A stretch of DNA of 64,000 nucleotides from the NCBI GenBank assembly GCA_963754875.1, contig CAVWHO010000017.1:1-64000 (forward strand). Reading direction: 5' to 3'. Shown here one piece after another: positions 41,563 through 53,402 of the stretch. Position numbers and translations under genes: made by a program. Each line of letters starts with the position of its first letter. Position 1 is the first letter of the stretch. The DNA is from Nitrospirota bacterium (GTDB taxonomy: Bacteria; Nitrospirota; UBA9217). The notes under the pieces were generated by a model, which worked only from the letters and a program-made list of their open reading frames with translations, made no database searches and was not told the origin of the DNA.

Positions 41563-42558
41563 GTGAAGTACCAGGATTTTTTATCCAACCTCAGGCAGCA
41601 GAAGATCTCTCCTCTCTACCTGTTCTTCGGCGAAGAGGAGTTCCTGATCCAGGAGGCGCTCGATCTCCTTATCGATACGGTGGCGGAACCGGGTGCCCGG
41701 GACTTCAATTTCAACGTGCTCTACTGCAAGGAAACCTCGGCGTCCGAAATCGTTAATCTTGCCCAGACCCTCCCGTTCATGTCCAAGAAGCGCCTGGTGA
41801 TCGCGAAAGAGATTGATGCCTTCAAGGCCGCCGACCTGGAAGAACTCGTGCCCTATCTGAACGATCCTTCTCCGAGCACCTGCCTCGTTCTCGTATCAAA
41901 CCTGGGACGATATGAAAAAAAATCCGTCATCTCTGCCGTCGAGTCCCATGGCGGGGCCATACGGTTTTATCCGCTGCTCGACCGAGAGATTGTGGGCTGG
42001 ATCGAGTCCCGTGCCAAGTCTCTTGGTGTTACTGTCCAACATGATGCAGCCCAGTATCTCTGGCAGACGATCGGCAATGACCTCCAAAAGATCAAAAACG
42101 AACTTGAAAAGGTCAAGATTTATCTGAAAGAGAGAAAGACCATCACCTTCGATGACGTGAAAACCGTGGTGGGTGATTTCCGGGAATACAGTTCTTTTGA
42201 CCTTGCGGCGGCACTGGGCCAGAAGAACCGGGAAAAGGCCCTCCTGATACTGTCACGGTTGCTGCAGGAAGGAGAAGCGCCTGTGGGTCTGCTCGGCTCC
42301 ATCGCCTGGAACTTCCGGCGTCTTCTCCAGGCAAAATCCATGGAGGCCGCAGGCATCGGCCCCGATGAGATAATGAAAAAACAGAGGGTGATATTTCATC
42401 AGGCCGGCTTGTTCAAGGACCAGATGAGGCGTTATACTATGGATGAACTGCGGGAAACATTTTCTGTGATGCTTGCAGCGGACCGGTCGCTTAAATCGAG
42501 CGGCCTGAATGGACGGCTTGTGCTGGAGAGGATGATCTTTAAACTTTGCGGTACATAG
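41563..42558 (+). CDS. holA: DNA polymerase III delta subunit
   Basis: PLYLFFGEEEFL, TLPFM, NELEK; synteny. Confidence 0.93.
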   Translation: MKYQDFLSNLRQQKISPLYLFFGEEEFLIQEALDLLIDTVAEPGARDFNFNVLYCKETSASEIVNLAQTLPFMSKKRLVIAKEIDAFKAADLEELVPYLNDPSPSTCLVLVSNLGRYEKKSVISAVESHGGAIRFYPLLDREIVGWIESRAKSLGVTVQHDAAQYLWQTIGNDLQKIKNELEKVKIYLKERKTITFDDVKTVVGDFREYSSFDLAAALGQKNREKALLILSRLLQEGEAPVGLLGSIAWNFRRLLQAKSMEAAGIGPDEIMKKQRVIFHQAGLFKDQMRRYTMDELRETFSVMLAADRSLKSSGLNGRLVLERMIFKLCGT

Positions 42559-42615
42559 GAAGTGTAGTTTCGGTGTTTCGCAGGGCTGGCCGAACTGCGG
42601 CGGAGGGAAAAGAAT

Positions 42616-42644
42616 AAAGCGCCTTCGCTGGACGAAGGCGCTTT
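42616..42644. terminator. Bidirectional terminator between holA and rpsT
   Basis: AAAGCGCCTTCG-ctgga-CGAAGGCGCTTT. Confidence 0.8.
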
Positions 42645-42671
42645 GTCGTTTATGGATACTAGTACAAAAAA

Positions 42672-42942
42672 CTACGCGGCGGTGATCTTGTTGACCGTCA
42701 TGGAGAGGCGCGAAATCTTCCGCGAGGCAGTGCTCTTGTGCAGGATACCCTGAGACGCCGCCTTATCGTAGGCCTTCATGGCTTTGACCAGGGCTTCTTT
42801 TGCCGCGTCAACTTTTTTCTCGGCTGCAGCCATGCTCGACTTTCTTCGCGACGGTCTTGAGTGCTGATCTTACGGATTTATTGACGATATGCTGCTTGTC
42901 GGCTTGTCTCTGCCTTTTGATCACTGATTTGTGGATTGCCAC
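42672..42942 (-). CDS. rpsT: 30S ribosomal protein S20 (1-nt insertion near 42832; missed by the ORF track)
   Basis: MAIHKSVIKRQRQ...DKAASQGILHKSTASRKISRL; AGGAGG RBS. Confidence 0.93.
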
Positions 42943-43081
42943 TTCTTGCCTCCTTGGGGTTAAAAACAGCTTATTCTTTTAACACAAATAACCCCCCAGT
43001 GTCAAGAAAAAAACCTTTTCTTACCGGCTGTTTTCTGATAAAGTTAGCCCTTATTTCCGGTATTTCCTGAGGTGCTTCAGT

Positions 43082-44663
43082 ATGTCAGAACAAGTCAAAG
43101 TCGCAAAAGCCGCGGGCATCGTCGGTCTTGCCACGCTCGTCAGCCGCGTCATGGGGTATATTCGCGACATGGTCATGTCCTGGGCCTTCGGCACCGGCAT
43201 CGCTGCTGACGCGTTTTACGTTGCTTACCGCATCCCGAATCTCCTGCGTGAACTTCTCGCCGAAGGCTCCATGTCCGCGGCCTTCATCCCGGTATTCACC
43301 GAAACGCTTACGAAAGACTCTAAAGAAAGCGCCCTCCATCTTGCAAATGCAGTCTTTGCCCGGCTGCTCGTCATCCTCCTTGTCCTGACCGGATTGGGAG
43401 TGATCTTTGCGCCCTTTATGGTCAACGTGATCGCCTGGGGCTGGGTACACAAGGCCGGAAATGAGGACAAATTCCTCCTCGGAGTAACCCTCACACGGAT
43501 CATGTTCCCCTATCTCCTGTTTATCGGTCTTGGCGGCGCTCGCCATGGGCATGCTCAATTCACTTCGTTACTTTCTCACCCCCGCGCTCTCGCCGGTCAT
43601 GCTGAACATTGTGACGATCAGTGCGGCGGTGCTGAGCATGCAGTTCCTGTCCCAGCCGATCATTGGTGTGGCCGTGGGCGTGGTCTTGGGCGGAATGTGC
43701 CAGTTCCTGATCCAGGTCCCCGGTCTCCAGAAACAGGGGATGAGGATGCGGCCGGAGTTCAAGCCGACTCACCCGGGCGTGAAAAGGATCGGCAGCTGGT
43801 CCTGCCGGTATTTCTGAGTTCCTCGGTGAACCAGCTCAATATTTTCGTCACGACCATCTTTGCATCGTTCCTCGCGACCGGCAGCATCACCTACCTGTTC
43901 TACGGAATGCGGTTCATCCATTTTCCGCTCGGCATTTTCGGCATCGCCATTGCCACGGCCGTGCTCCCTTCCATGTCGGCCCAGGCAGCGCGGCGGGAGA
44001 TGAATGAGTTCCGGGAGACATTCTCCTTTGGGCTTGCGTCTCGTGTTCTTCATCATGTTCCCGGCCATGGCGGGTCTCATCATGCTCCGCATCCCGATCG
44101 TGAGCCTTTTGCTCGAACACGGCCAGTTTGACCGCAGCTCAACGCAGGGTGTCGCACTGGCACTCGTGTGCTATGCGGTGGGACTTTGGGCCTTTGCGGG
44201 GGTCCGGATCGTCGTCCAGGCGTTCTATGCACTCCAGGACACGCGTACGCCGGTCTTCATCGCGCTCATTACATTTTGCTCAAACATCCTGTTGAGCGCC
44301 TTTTTCGTTTTCAAAACGCCGCTTGCCCACGGCGGCCTCGCGCTCGCTACGTCGCTTGCGGCGATGCTGAACATCAGCCTCCTCACCATCCAACTCAGGA
44401 AAAAGATCGGCAGGATCGATGCCAGCCGCATCCTGCGGTCCCTGGTTAAAGTTATTCCCGCGTCCCTTGCCATCGGCGTGATCGGCTGGTGGATCAGCAG
44501 TTACGCTCTCTGGGACCATCGAGGGAATACGCTGCGAAAGCTGGAATTGCTCGGCGGAGGCATGATTGCGAGTATATGCTTCTATATAGCTGCAATGTGG
44601 ATCATGAGAAGCGAGGAGCTGGAGTTCATCTGGGGGATGGTGAAAAGGAAGAGGCAGGCGTGA
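43082..44663 (+). CDS. murJ: Lipid II flippase MurJ (three apparent frameshifts)
   Basis: SRVMGYIRD, RIPNLLRELLAEG, FPLGIFG and FYALQDTRTP spread over frames. Confidence 0.93.
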
Positions 44664-44808
44664 ACGCTGACTTCGAAAGAAGAAGATCGGTCATTCATCG
44701 CGATTTGGGCTGGATTGGAGTGGCTGCAGCAATGGAGAAAGTGTGTCGGAGAGATGATTTCTGTGGCGCAGCTTTCTTTATTATTCATCATAAATAAGGA
44801 GTAGAAAA

Positions 44809-45447
44809 ATGGTGCTGATTAGGCTTGTTGTCGGCCCGCTCCAGGTCAACTGCTTTATTCTCGCAGATGAAAAGACCAAGGAAGCCGTCGTGATCGACCC
44901 GGGCGATGATGCCCAGAATATTCTCAAAGTCATCAAAGAAAAGGGTCTCCAGGTCAAGTATATCATTGATACCCATGCTCACTTCGATCATGTGGGCGCA
45001 AACAAGGCGATAAAAGACGCGACGGGCGCCGAGTTGCTGCTCCATAAAGCTGATGCAGCGGTGCTCGCTACGGTTTCTCGCCAATCGCAGTCGTTCGGTA
45101 TGGAACCGGTTTCCTCGCCGCCTGCCGACAGGTACGTTAAACACGGCGACGTCATCACCGCAGGAGAAGTTGCGCTCAAGGTTCTGCATACGCCGGGCCA
45201 TACGCCCGGAGGCATAAGCCTGCTCGAACAGGGCATGGTCTTTACCGGCGACGCGCTGTTTGCGGGCTCCATCGGCAGGGCGGACTTCCCGGGCGGCGAC
45301 CTCATGACGCTTCTTCGCTCTATCAAAACAAACCTTATGACATTGCCGGATGATACCAAGGTCTTCTCCGGCCATGGTCCCGCTTCCACGATCGGCGACG
45401 AGCGTCGGGAGAATCCCTACCTGAATAAAGATTCCGGGTTTGAATAA
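44809..45447 (+). CDS. MBL-fold metallo-hydrolase (glyoxalase II family)
   Basis: THAHFDH, HTPGHTPG, FTGDALF, GHG. Confidence 0.93.
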   Translation: MVLIRLVVGPLQVNCFILADEKTKEAVVIDPGDDAQNILKVIKEKGLQVKYIIDTHAHFDHVGANKAIKDATGAELLLHKADAAVLATVSRQSQSFGMEPVSSPPADRYVKHGDVITAGEVALKVLHTPGHTPGGISLLEQGMVFTGDALFAGSIGRADFPGGDLMTLLRSIKTNLMTLPDDTKVFSGHGPASTIGDERRENPYLNKDSGFE

Positions 45448-45457
45448 CCGGTTTTTC

Positions 45458-45486
45458 TTGAGGTTTTGTCTTCAATGTGGTATAGT
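45458..45486 (+). promoter_or_regulatory. Putative guaB promoter TTGAGG-17-TATAGT
   Basis: Correct spacing; good -10 element. Confidence 0.5.
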
Positions 45487-45565
45487 GTCCGACTTACTCT
45501 AGTGGACCGCGGTGAAGGCATATCGCCTTTGAGTGAGCGGCAGAACTAACGTCCTTTCTTCTTGA

Positions 45566-47090
<1,525 letters not shown>

Positions 47091-47414
47091 CAACTGCGGG
47101 ATGCGGATTTCGAATTAAAAAGAAGAATGACCATGACGGCAAAAGTCACGCATAGTGGGGAGATGCGAGGCAGCAAGACCAGAAAAGAAGTGAATGCTCA
47201 GGTGCTCCGACGGCTTTACACCCTGCAGTCAGGACATGACCATCTGTGGCGACTGCGAAGGCAACAGAGCGAAAAAAAAAGTGCCCCCGGCTGAAGGAGT
47301 GGCTGGCGAAGAGAGAACGGTGAGAGACGCTGTAGTCAGGTGACCAGACCATACGTAATCTTTTTATTGCGCGCCCTGGGTATTCTATTACTCGGGGCGT
47401 TCGTATTTATACCT

Positions 47415-47915
47415 ATGTCAGGCAAAATCAAACTCGGCATCAGCTCCTGTCTCCTTGGGAACAACGTTCGCTTTGACGGCGGGAACAAGCTTTCGCAAGA
47501 CCTCATAGATTCGTTCGGGGGCCTGGTGGAATGGGTGCCCGTGTGCCCGGAGGTCGAGTCAGGCCTCCCTGTTCCCCGAGAGCCGATGCAACTGGTGGGT
47601 GCCAGAGCAAAACCGCGCCTTATCACCCTGGAATCGAAGATCGACCGGACTGCTGAACTCTCCCGTTGGCTGGCAGGAAAAGTAGAACAACTTGAACAGC
47701 AGGGTCTCAGGGGTTTCGTTCTCAAAGCCCGTTCTCCAAGCTGCGGAGTTCGAGATACGCCTCTCTACTCCACAACCGGGGAAATAGTCGGCGTCCGCGA
47801 GGGATTGTTTGCGGAATTTGTAAAGAGTCATTTCCCCTTGCTGCCTGTCGAAGACGAAGAAACGCTGCGTGATCCCGGTAAGAGAGAGTGGTTTCTTTCC
47901 CGAATCCCGGCTTGA
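47415..47915 (+). CDS. DUF523 / 2-thiouracil desulfurase family protein
   Basis: SSCLLG..VRFDG, PVCPEVE, SPSCG. Confidence 0.88.
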   Translation: MSGKIKLGISSCLLGNNVRFDGGNKLSQDLIDSFGGLVEWVPVCPEVESGLPVPREPMQLVGARAKPRLITLESKIDRTAELSRWLAGKVEQLEQQGLRGFVLKARSPSCGVRDTPLYSTTGEIVGVREGLFAEFVKSHFPLLPVEDEETLRDPGKREWFLSRIPA

Positions 47916-47944
47916 TTGCAATTGCTCTGTAGAGCCTGTATAAT
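47916..47944 (+). promoter_or_regulatory. Putative rluB promoter TTGCAA-17-TATAAT
   Basis: Near-consensus boxes and spacing. Confidence 0.6.
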
Positions 47945-47978
47945 AATCTGTGTTAGGCATGGTACATGAAAGGATCAC

Positions 47979-49463
47979 ATGTTAGAACGTATTCAAAAGA
48001 TCATATCTGCGGCAGGAGTAACGTCTCGGCGTGCTGCGGAACAGCTCATCACCGAAGGCAGGGTGCGTGTGAACGGCCAGGTAGTGACCGAGCTTGGGAC
48101 TAAGGCTGATGCAAACAAGGACCACATCAAGGTCGATGGCAAGCTTATCAACCCCAAACAACCGTTGGTTTATATTATGCTGAACAAGCCCGCCGGCTTT
48201 GTCACGACCATGGCCGACCCTGAAGGAAGGCCGACAGTGCTGAATCTGCTCAAAGGCCTGAAGACCCGCGTTTATCCTGTCGGGCGCTTGGATTATAATA
48301 CTGAAGGACTTCTGCTCCTGACCAACGACGGGGATTTCGCGCATCTTATCACCCACCCCAAACATGAATTCCCCAAGACCTACCGTGCGAAGGTCAAAGG
48401 CGTGCTCGAAGATCATCAGATCGAGTTGCTCGAGCAGGGCATCTACCTGGATGATGGAAAGACCGCACCGGCAAAGCTCAAGAAGGTAAGCAAGGAGGAA
48501 GCGAACTCCTGGCTGGAGATCACGATCCATGAGGGAAGAAAACGCCAGGTCCGGCGCATGTTCGACCGTGTAGGCCATTCCGTGATCAAGCTCAAGCGCA
48601 CCAAAACGGGCAACCTGATACTCGGCGATCTTCCGGAAGGCGCTTTCCGCTATCTTACGCCGGCGGAGGTCGAGGCATTGAGGGAACTTGCAGTGAAGGA
48701 TTTAAAAACTGTGATAAGAAGCCCGAAGCCGGAAAAGAAACAGGAAAAAACGGAAGAGCGGGTTCAAAGACCGTTCACCAAGCCGGGTGCAAGCTCCGGT
48801 ATACGGGCAACGGGCAGCAGAACACGTCCGGATGACAGGCAGGGCCGGGGTCCGGTGCGTGCACATAGGGATAGGGACGATGACCGCAGGCCAAGCCGCG
48901 GCCCCCGTGCACCGGAACAACGTACTTTTGCGGGCGCGGCCCCCCGGGAAGGCAGAAGTCCTTTGTCGGCAACGAGAGGACCACGGCCTGATGACAGACG
49001 GTCCGCATCATACGGCCAGGGCCCGAGGAGCGAAAGCAAATGGAAGAGCCAGGGGCCCCGGGTCCCTGGACAGGGCGCAAGCGGCAGAGGTCCGAGGCGT
49101 CCTCCCAGGGATGCGGGAAGCATGCAAAGCCATGCAACCGCGTTTACACGGCCCGGATCAGGGAAAAGCCCGGTGACCAGCGAGAAAGGCTGGAGAACCA
49201 CGGGAACAGACCGTCCGGGGCAGGCATCAAGGAGCCAGGGCGCGCCTGGAAGTTTTGCCGACAAACCCAGGGGCAAGAAAACCATTGCCGCAAGGATCCG
49301 TGGGAAAATATTTGATAAAAGCACAGAGCTGAAGCCAGGAACAGAACGGACAACAGGGTCGAGCAGCAAGGATCGCAAACCCCGGCGTGCATATAACCCA
49401 CAGGAAAGAGGAACATCAACAGTTCAGGGTGCAAGCCGCAAGCCTTATCGTACGAGACACTAA
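47979..49463 (+). CDS. rluB: RluB-family pseudouridine synthase with long disordered tail
   Basis: S4 domain; VGRLDYNTEGLLLLTNDG; EGRKRQVRRM. Confidence 0.9.
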   Translation: MLERIQKIISAAGVTSRRAAEQLITEGRVRVNGQVVTELGTKADANKDHIKVDGKLINPKQPLVYIMLNKPAGFVTTMADPEGRPTVLNLLKGLKTRVYPVGRLDYNTEGLLLLTNDGDFAHLITHPKHEFPKTYRAKVKGVLEDHQIELLEQGIYLDDGKTAPAKLKKVSKEEANSWLEITIHEGRKRQVRRMFDRVGHSVIKLKRTKTGNLILGDLPEGAFRYLTPAEVEALRELAVKDLKTVIRSPKPEKKQEKTEERVQRPFTKPGASSGIRATGSRTRPDDRQGRGPVRAHRDRDDDRRPSRGPRAPEQRTFAGAAPREGRSPLSATRGPRPDDRRSASYGQGPRSESKWKSQGPRVPGQGASGRGPRRPPRDAGSMQSHATAFTRPGSGKSPVTSEKGWRTTGTDRPGQASRSQGAPGSFADKPRGKKTIAARIRGKIFDKSTELKPGTERTTGSSSKDRKPRRAYNPQERGTSTVQGASRKPYRTRH

Positions 49464-49547
49464 ATGCCCGGACAAAGCAGGGGAAAACGAACAAGGAAGA
49501 GATCTCCGGCCAATGGCATTTTCCCCTCATCTTCGAGTAAACAGCAT

Positions 49548-49838
49548 ATGGACCATCTACGCGCGCAGGTGATCGTACACGGATTAGTCCAGGGAGTTTT
49601 TTTTCGGGCATCCACGCGCGACGAGGCCATACGGATCGGCGTCGGCGGCTGGGTCAGGAACCTGCCGGACGGGACCGTTCAAGCGCTCTTCGAGGGGGAC
49701 ACGAAGAAAGTCGAGGAAATCATCGGCTGGTGCCACAAGGGCCCGCCGGGCGCACGGGTGAACAAAGTGGACATTCTTTGGGAGCCTTACAAAGGAGAGT
49801 TCAAACTGTTCGAAATTCGATATGGCTATGTCGATTAG
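49548..49838 (+). CDS. Acylphosphatase
   Basis: GLVQGVFFR, GWVRNLPDGTV, GPP.A.V. Confidence 0.93.
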   Translation: MDHLRAQVIVHGLVQGVFFRASTRDEAIRIGVGGWVRNLPDGTVQALFEGDTKKVEEIIGWCHKGPPGARVNKVDILWEPYKGEFKLFEIRYGYVD

Positions 49839-50547
49839 ATACCTTTTGCCGGGCCTAGCTCTCATCTTCCTTTTCAGCGGGTGCAAAGCTGAAAAACCGG
49901 TGGCACAGAAAAAGCCGGCTCCCGCCGTGGTCGTGAGGCAGAAACATCCCGTGCTGCGCGCGGAGCAGCGCAAAGAGCTGGGGTTCCCGGCCGGCCTGAT
50001 CGCAAAGGTCGAGTTGGCGGCCGGCGCAGAAGCGGAACCGTTTTTCATGACCGTATTCATGCGTTCGGAGAACCTGAAAGGCGATAAGGGGTTTGAGAGC
50101 GAGAAACTCGCCGGATTCAGCGTTCACACGAAACGGTCCGATGATGTCATCAATGCTCTCCGCGCGTCGCTGCGAGCGCAAGGCTACCTGATTTTTAAAA
50201 CCCACAGAGGTTACGGACAGCTGCCCGATGTCCTCACGGTCATTAAAGGCAATAACTCTTACGATATTCTCAAGATCCAGTCCACTGAAGGACAGAACTA
50301 CCATCTCGATACCCGGGCGATCATCGCCTGGCTCAAGGAACAGCAAAAGCTGGGGTCGTTCGTTGTTATTGGCGCGGGTCCTGACTGGATTGAGGCAAGG
50401 TTTATTAAACCGCCGCAGAACATGTTTTTGTTTGCAAAGAAAGTGAATGGCTTTGCCCCTGACGTGATGGTGCACGGCCCCAAAACCGTGGACAAGCTTG
50501 CCGAGCGGATGAAGCGGATGAACGGGTTCTATCTCGTGTGGGACTGA
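49822..50547 (+). CDS. DUF4253-like lipoprotein
   Basis: Lipobox FSGC; FAPDV and C-terminal FYLVWD. Confidence 0.75.
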   Translation: MAMSIRYLLPGLALIFLFSGCKAEKPVAQKKPAPAVVVRQKHPVLRAEQRKELGFPAGLIAKVELAAGAEAEPFFMTVFMRSENLKGDKGFESEKLAGFSVHTKRSDDVINALRASLRAQGYLIFKTHRGYGQLPDVLTVIKGNNSYDILKIQSTEGQNYHLDTRAIIAWLKEQQKLGSFVVIGAGPDWIEARFIKPPQNMFLFAKKVNGFAPDVMVHGPKTVDKLAERMKRMNGFYLVWD

Positions 50548-50591
50548 AAAAGGCAGGGTCCAGGAGTCAGGGGGCAACATCATCAGAATCC

Positions 50592-51474
50592 ATGAAAACG
50601 GTCATGAACATTCTCATCGGCATCGTCCTCCTTATCGTCGCACTCTCATTCATCCTCGTCTATGTCAATACCCATCCTCCTAAATATCCGCTCCATGTCC
50701 CGCCGTCGGTTTACCAGGCCGAGTACGAAGATGCGTCCTTCCTGACCACGGACGGCGTCGCTCTTGAAGGGGTGGCTCGTGAAACCAGTGCATCCCGCGT
50801 GGCGATCACCAGCGATCATTCTGTGCCACGGCGTGGGCGCGAACAAATCCGATTTTACCGAACTTGCTGTTTCGCTTGTACGGCGGGGATATTTTGTTCT
50901 CCTCTTCGATTTTCGCGGCCACGGCGAGAGCGGAGGGAACAGAACCTCGCTGGGATATCATGAGCAAAAGGATGTTGCAGCAGTTCGCAATTATCTCGGT
51001 AACAGGCGGGAGATCGACGTCAAACGAATCGGAATCTACGGCTTCTCCCTGGGCGGCGCTACCGCCATTCTTGCCGCGGCGAATACCAGCGCGTTCGCCG
51101 CTGTTGTGGCGGACAGCGCATTCACGAGCCTGCGCGACCAGGCGCGAGACGCGATCACGGGATTTTATCATTTACCGGCATTCCCTTTCCTCCCTATCGC
51201 CGTTCTTGGATATGCTCTCTATTTTCAGGCTTCTGTTGATACGGTTTCGCCGGTGACAGGGATTGTCAAAATTTCTCCGGTCCCGGTACTGATTATCGCA
51301 GGGGAGGGGGACAGGCTCATTCCCGCGGATAATGGCCGCAGGCTCTATGCGGCTGCAGGGAAGCCGAAAGAGCTCTGGATCATCTCCGGTGCGGACCACG
51401 GCGGCACGCTTGCGGCCGCCGGGAACGAGTATGAGAAGAGAGTGGGGGGATTTTTTGACAAGTATCTGAAATGA
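50592..51474 (+). CDS. Membrane-anchored alpha/beta hydrolase (frameshift near 50765)
   Basis: TTDGV.LKGW, LCHG, DFRGHGES, GFSLGG nucleophile elbow, GADH. Confidence 0.88.
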
Positions 51475-51521
51475 TTTTTGCCGCAGTACTCTATAGTCAG
51501 CGTCTGACCGTATTTTTATTT

Positions 51522-51550
51522 TTGACACAATCTCTCTTTTGCGGTAAGGT
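51522..51550 (+). promoter_or_regulatory. Promoter TTGACA-17-TAAGGT upstream of tsaB
   Basis: Consensus -35 with 17-bp spacer. Confidence 0.6.
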
Positions 51551-51557
51551 GTCTTGC

Positions 51558-52256
51558 ATGCGTATCCTCGGGATAGAAACATCAACCAAGACCGGCAGTG
51601 TCGCCGTAGTATCAGACGATTGCGTCATTGCTCAGTACAGCCTGAATATTGAACTCACCCATTCCGAACGGTTGATGGCAACCGTGGACCGGGTGCTCAA
51701 GGACACGGGCCTTGCCATCGCTGATCTGGTCGGTTTTGCCGTTGCAACCGGGCCGGGATCGTTCACGGGACTTCGCATCGGTATCTCAACAGTGAAGGGG
51801 CTTGCGTTCGCAACGGGTAAACCAGTAGCCGCAGTGCCTACGCTCCAGGCCTTGGCGTGGAACCTTCCCTTTGCCGGGTATCCCGTCTGCCCGCTGCTCG
51901 ATGCCCGCAAAAAGGAAGTATATGCCGCGCTCTATAAAAATGATGATTCTGTTCCCGTCCAGATGATGCCGGAAACGGTGATCTCGCTCAACCAGCTTGC
52001 TGCCGAGGTTCCCGGCACCACGATATTCACCGGCGAGGGTTCATATATCTACCGTGCAGAGATCGCGAAAATATTCAGCACGCGCGCGTTGTTTGCTCCG
52101 CGATCCGCGATTCTTCCTTCAGCAGCAGCGGTCGCGGAGATCGGTCTTGAAATGCTCAGAAACGGAAAGCAAACAGACCCCGATACGTTGTCGCCAAAAT
52201 ATATACGCAGACCAGAGGCAGAGGTGGCGTGGGAAAAGAGACAGAAATCACAATAG
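51558..52256 (+). CDS. tsaB: t6A biosynthesis protein TsaB
   Basis: [31 protein letters not shown]. Confidence 0.95.
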   Translation: MRILGIETSTKTGSVAVVSDDCVIAQYSLNIELTHSERLMATVDRVLKDTGLAIADLVGFAVATGPGSFTGLRIGISTVKGLAFATGKPVAAVPTLQALAWNLPFAGYPVCPLLDARKKEVYAALYKNDDSVPVQMMPETVISLNQLAAEVPGTTIFTGEGSYIYRAEIAKIFSTRALFAPRSAILPSAAAVAEIGLEMLRNGKQTDPDTLSPKYIRRPEAEVAWEKRQKSQ

Positions 52257-52724
52257 ACTTCATGAAAAAGGATGACATCGACCAGGTCATGGCCATCGAG
52301 CAGACTTCATTCAGCATGCCCTGGTCGAGAAATCTGTTCCTCTCCGAATTTAGAAGCCCCGGCATCTCCTCGCTCATGGTTGCGCTGTCTAACGCTCCTG
52401 CCCGCACCATCGACGGTTACATCGTGTTCTGGCTCGTTGCGGACGAGATGCACATCCTGAACCTCGCCGTGGCTCCTCTCTTCGAGACGGCAGGGGATAG
52501 CAAAAAAACTCGTGCTTGCAGCGATTAAACGGGCCCACTACAAGGGGGCACGGAGAGCATTTCTGGAGGTCCGGTCCTCAAATGCGGCAGCCAGGAAACT
52601 CTACATGGATCTCGGTTTTACCGGTACCGCTTTGCGGCGGGACTACTATGATGCACCGGTAGAGGACGCAGTGGTCATGACCCTGGAGGCAGGTGCTTTT
52701 GTAAGCTTGGCGAACGCCGCATAA
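52229..52724 (+). CDS. rimI: Ribosomal-protein N-acetyltransferase RimI (frameshift near 52483)
   Basis: IEQTSFSMPW, HILNLAV, LEVRSSN, RRDYY...EDA. Confidence 0.9.
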
Positions 52725-52879
52725 CAGCTGATAACCATATGTTTTTACAGACGTTCTACGCACTTGCAATTTCCATTGAAATGTGATATTTTTTTGTAGT
52801 CGCACAAATCTGATGATAGTTTTATAGCTTTTTTCCTACGCCTTTTCATCGAACTCACCCCTAAAAGGAGGTACGCATT

Positions 52880-53119
52880 ATGATGAATGTGGAGGTAAGC
52901 GAAGAAGCATTAGTTGCTAGACTCAGGACCGAGGATCCGGAGTTCCAGAAATGGGAAACTGAGCATAACAAACTGGACTCTACACTGAAGAATATCGATT
53001 CGCACGTGTATCTCACTCCTGAGGAAGAAGTAGAGCGGAAGCGAGTCCAGAAGCTTAAACTCGCGGCAAAAGACAAAATGATGGACATGGTCAGGCGGTA
53101 CAAGGTCGGCAGAGCCTGA
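52880..53119 (+). CDS. DUF465/YdcH-family small protein
   Basis: EH..LD...KLKLAAKD motif; AGGAGG RBS. Confidence 0.8.
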   Translation: MMNVEVSEEALVARLRTEDPEFQKWETEHNKLDSTLKNIDSHVYLTPEEEVERKRVQKLKLAAKDKMMDMVRRYKVGRA

Positions 53120-53179
53120 TGGCAAAAGGGCAGGGTAAAAAACCTTGCCTTTTCCGTTTTAAGACCCCACACAATACCG

Positions 53180-53220
53180 AAAATCCCTCTTTCCCGTGTA
53201 AAGGTAAGAGGGATTTTTTT
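53180..53220 (+). terminator. Rho-independent terminator
   Basis: AAAATCCCTCTT...AAGAGGGATTTT followed by a T-run. Confidence 0.75.
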
Positions 53221-53402
53221 ATTGACTAAAATCATCTATCTATGTTAAAAATAATGATATTCAGCCTGCAAAATTCAGGAGCTGCGAGTGCAGCATCCTT
53301 TCTCAGTGCGGCGTACCTCATGCGTACGCCGGATTTGTCTGGAGAGGTCATCGTGCGCCGGTCCGCAGGTTTCCGTGCTATAACATTGTGAGGAGCCAAA
53401 AG

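Noticed and set aside
47091..47340. Small Cys-containing ORF fragments after guaB
   Set aside because: No continuous frame or identifiable family
53119..53230. ilv attenuator leader peptide before ilvD
   Set aside because: The short ORF lacks Ile/Leu/Val runs; the hairpin is explained as the DUF465 terminator
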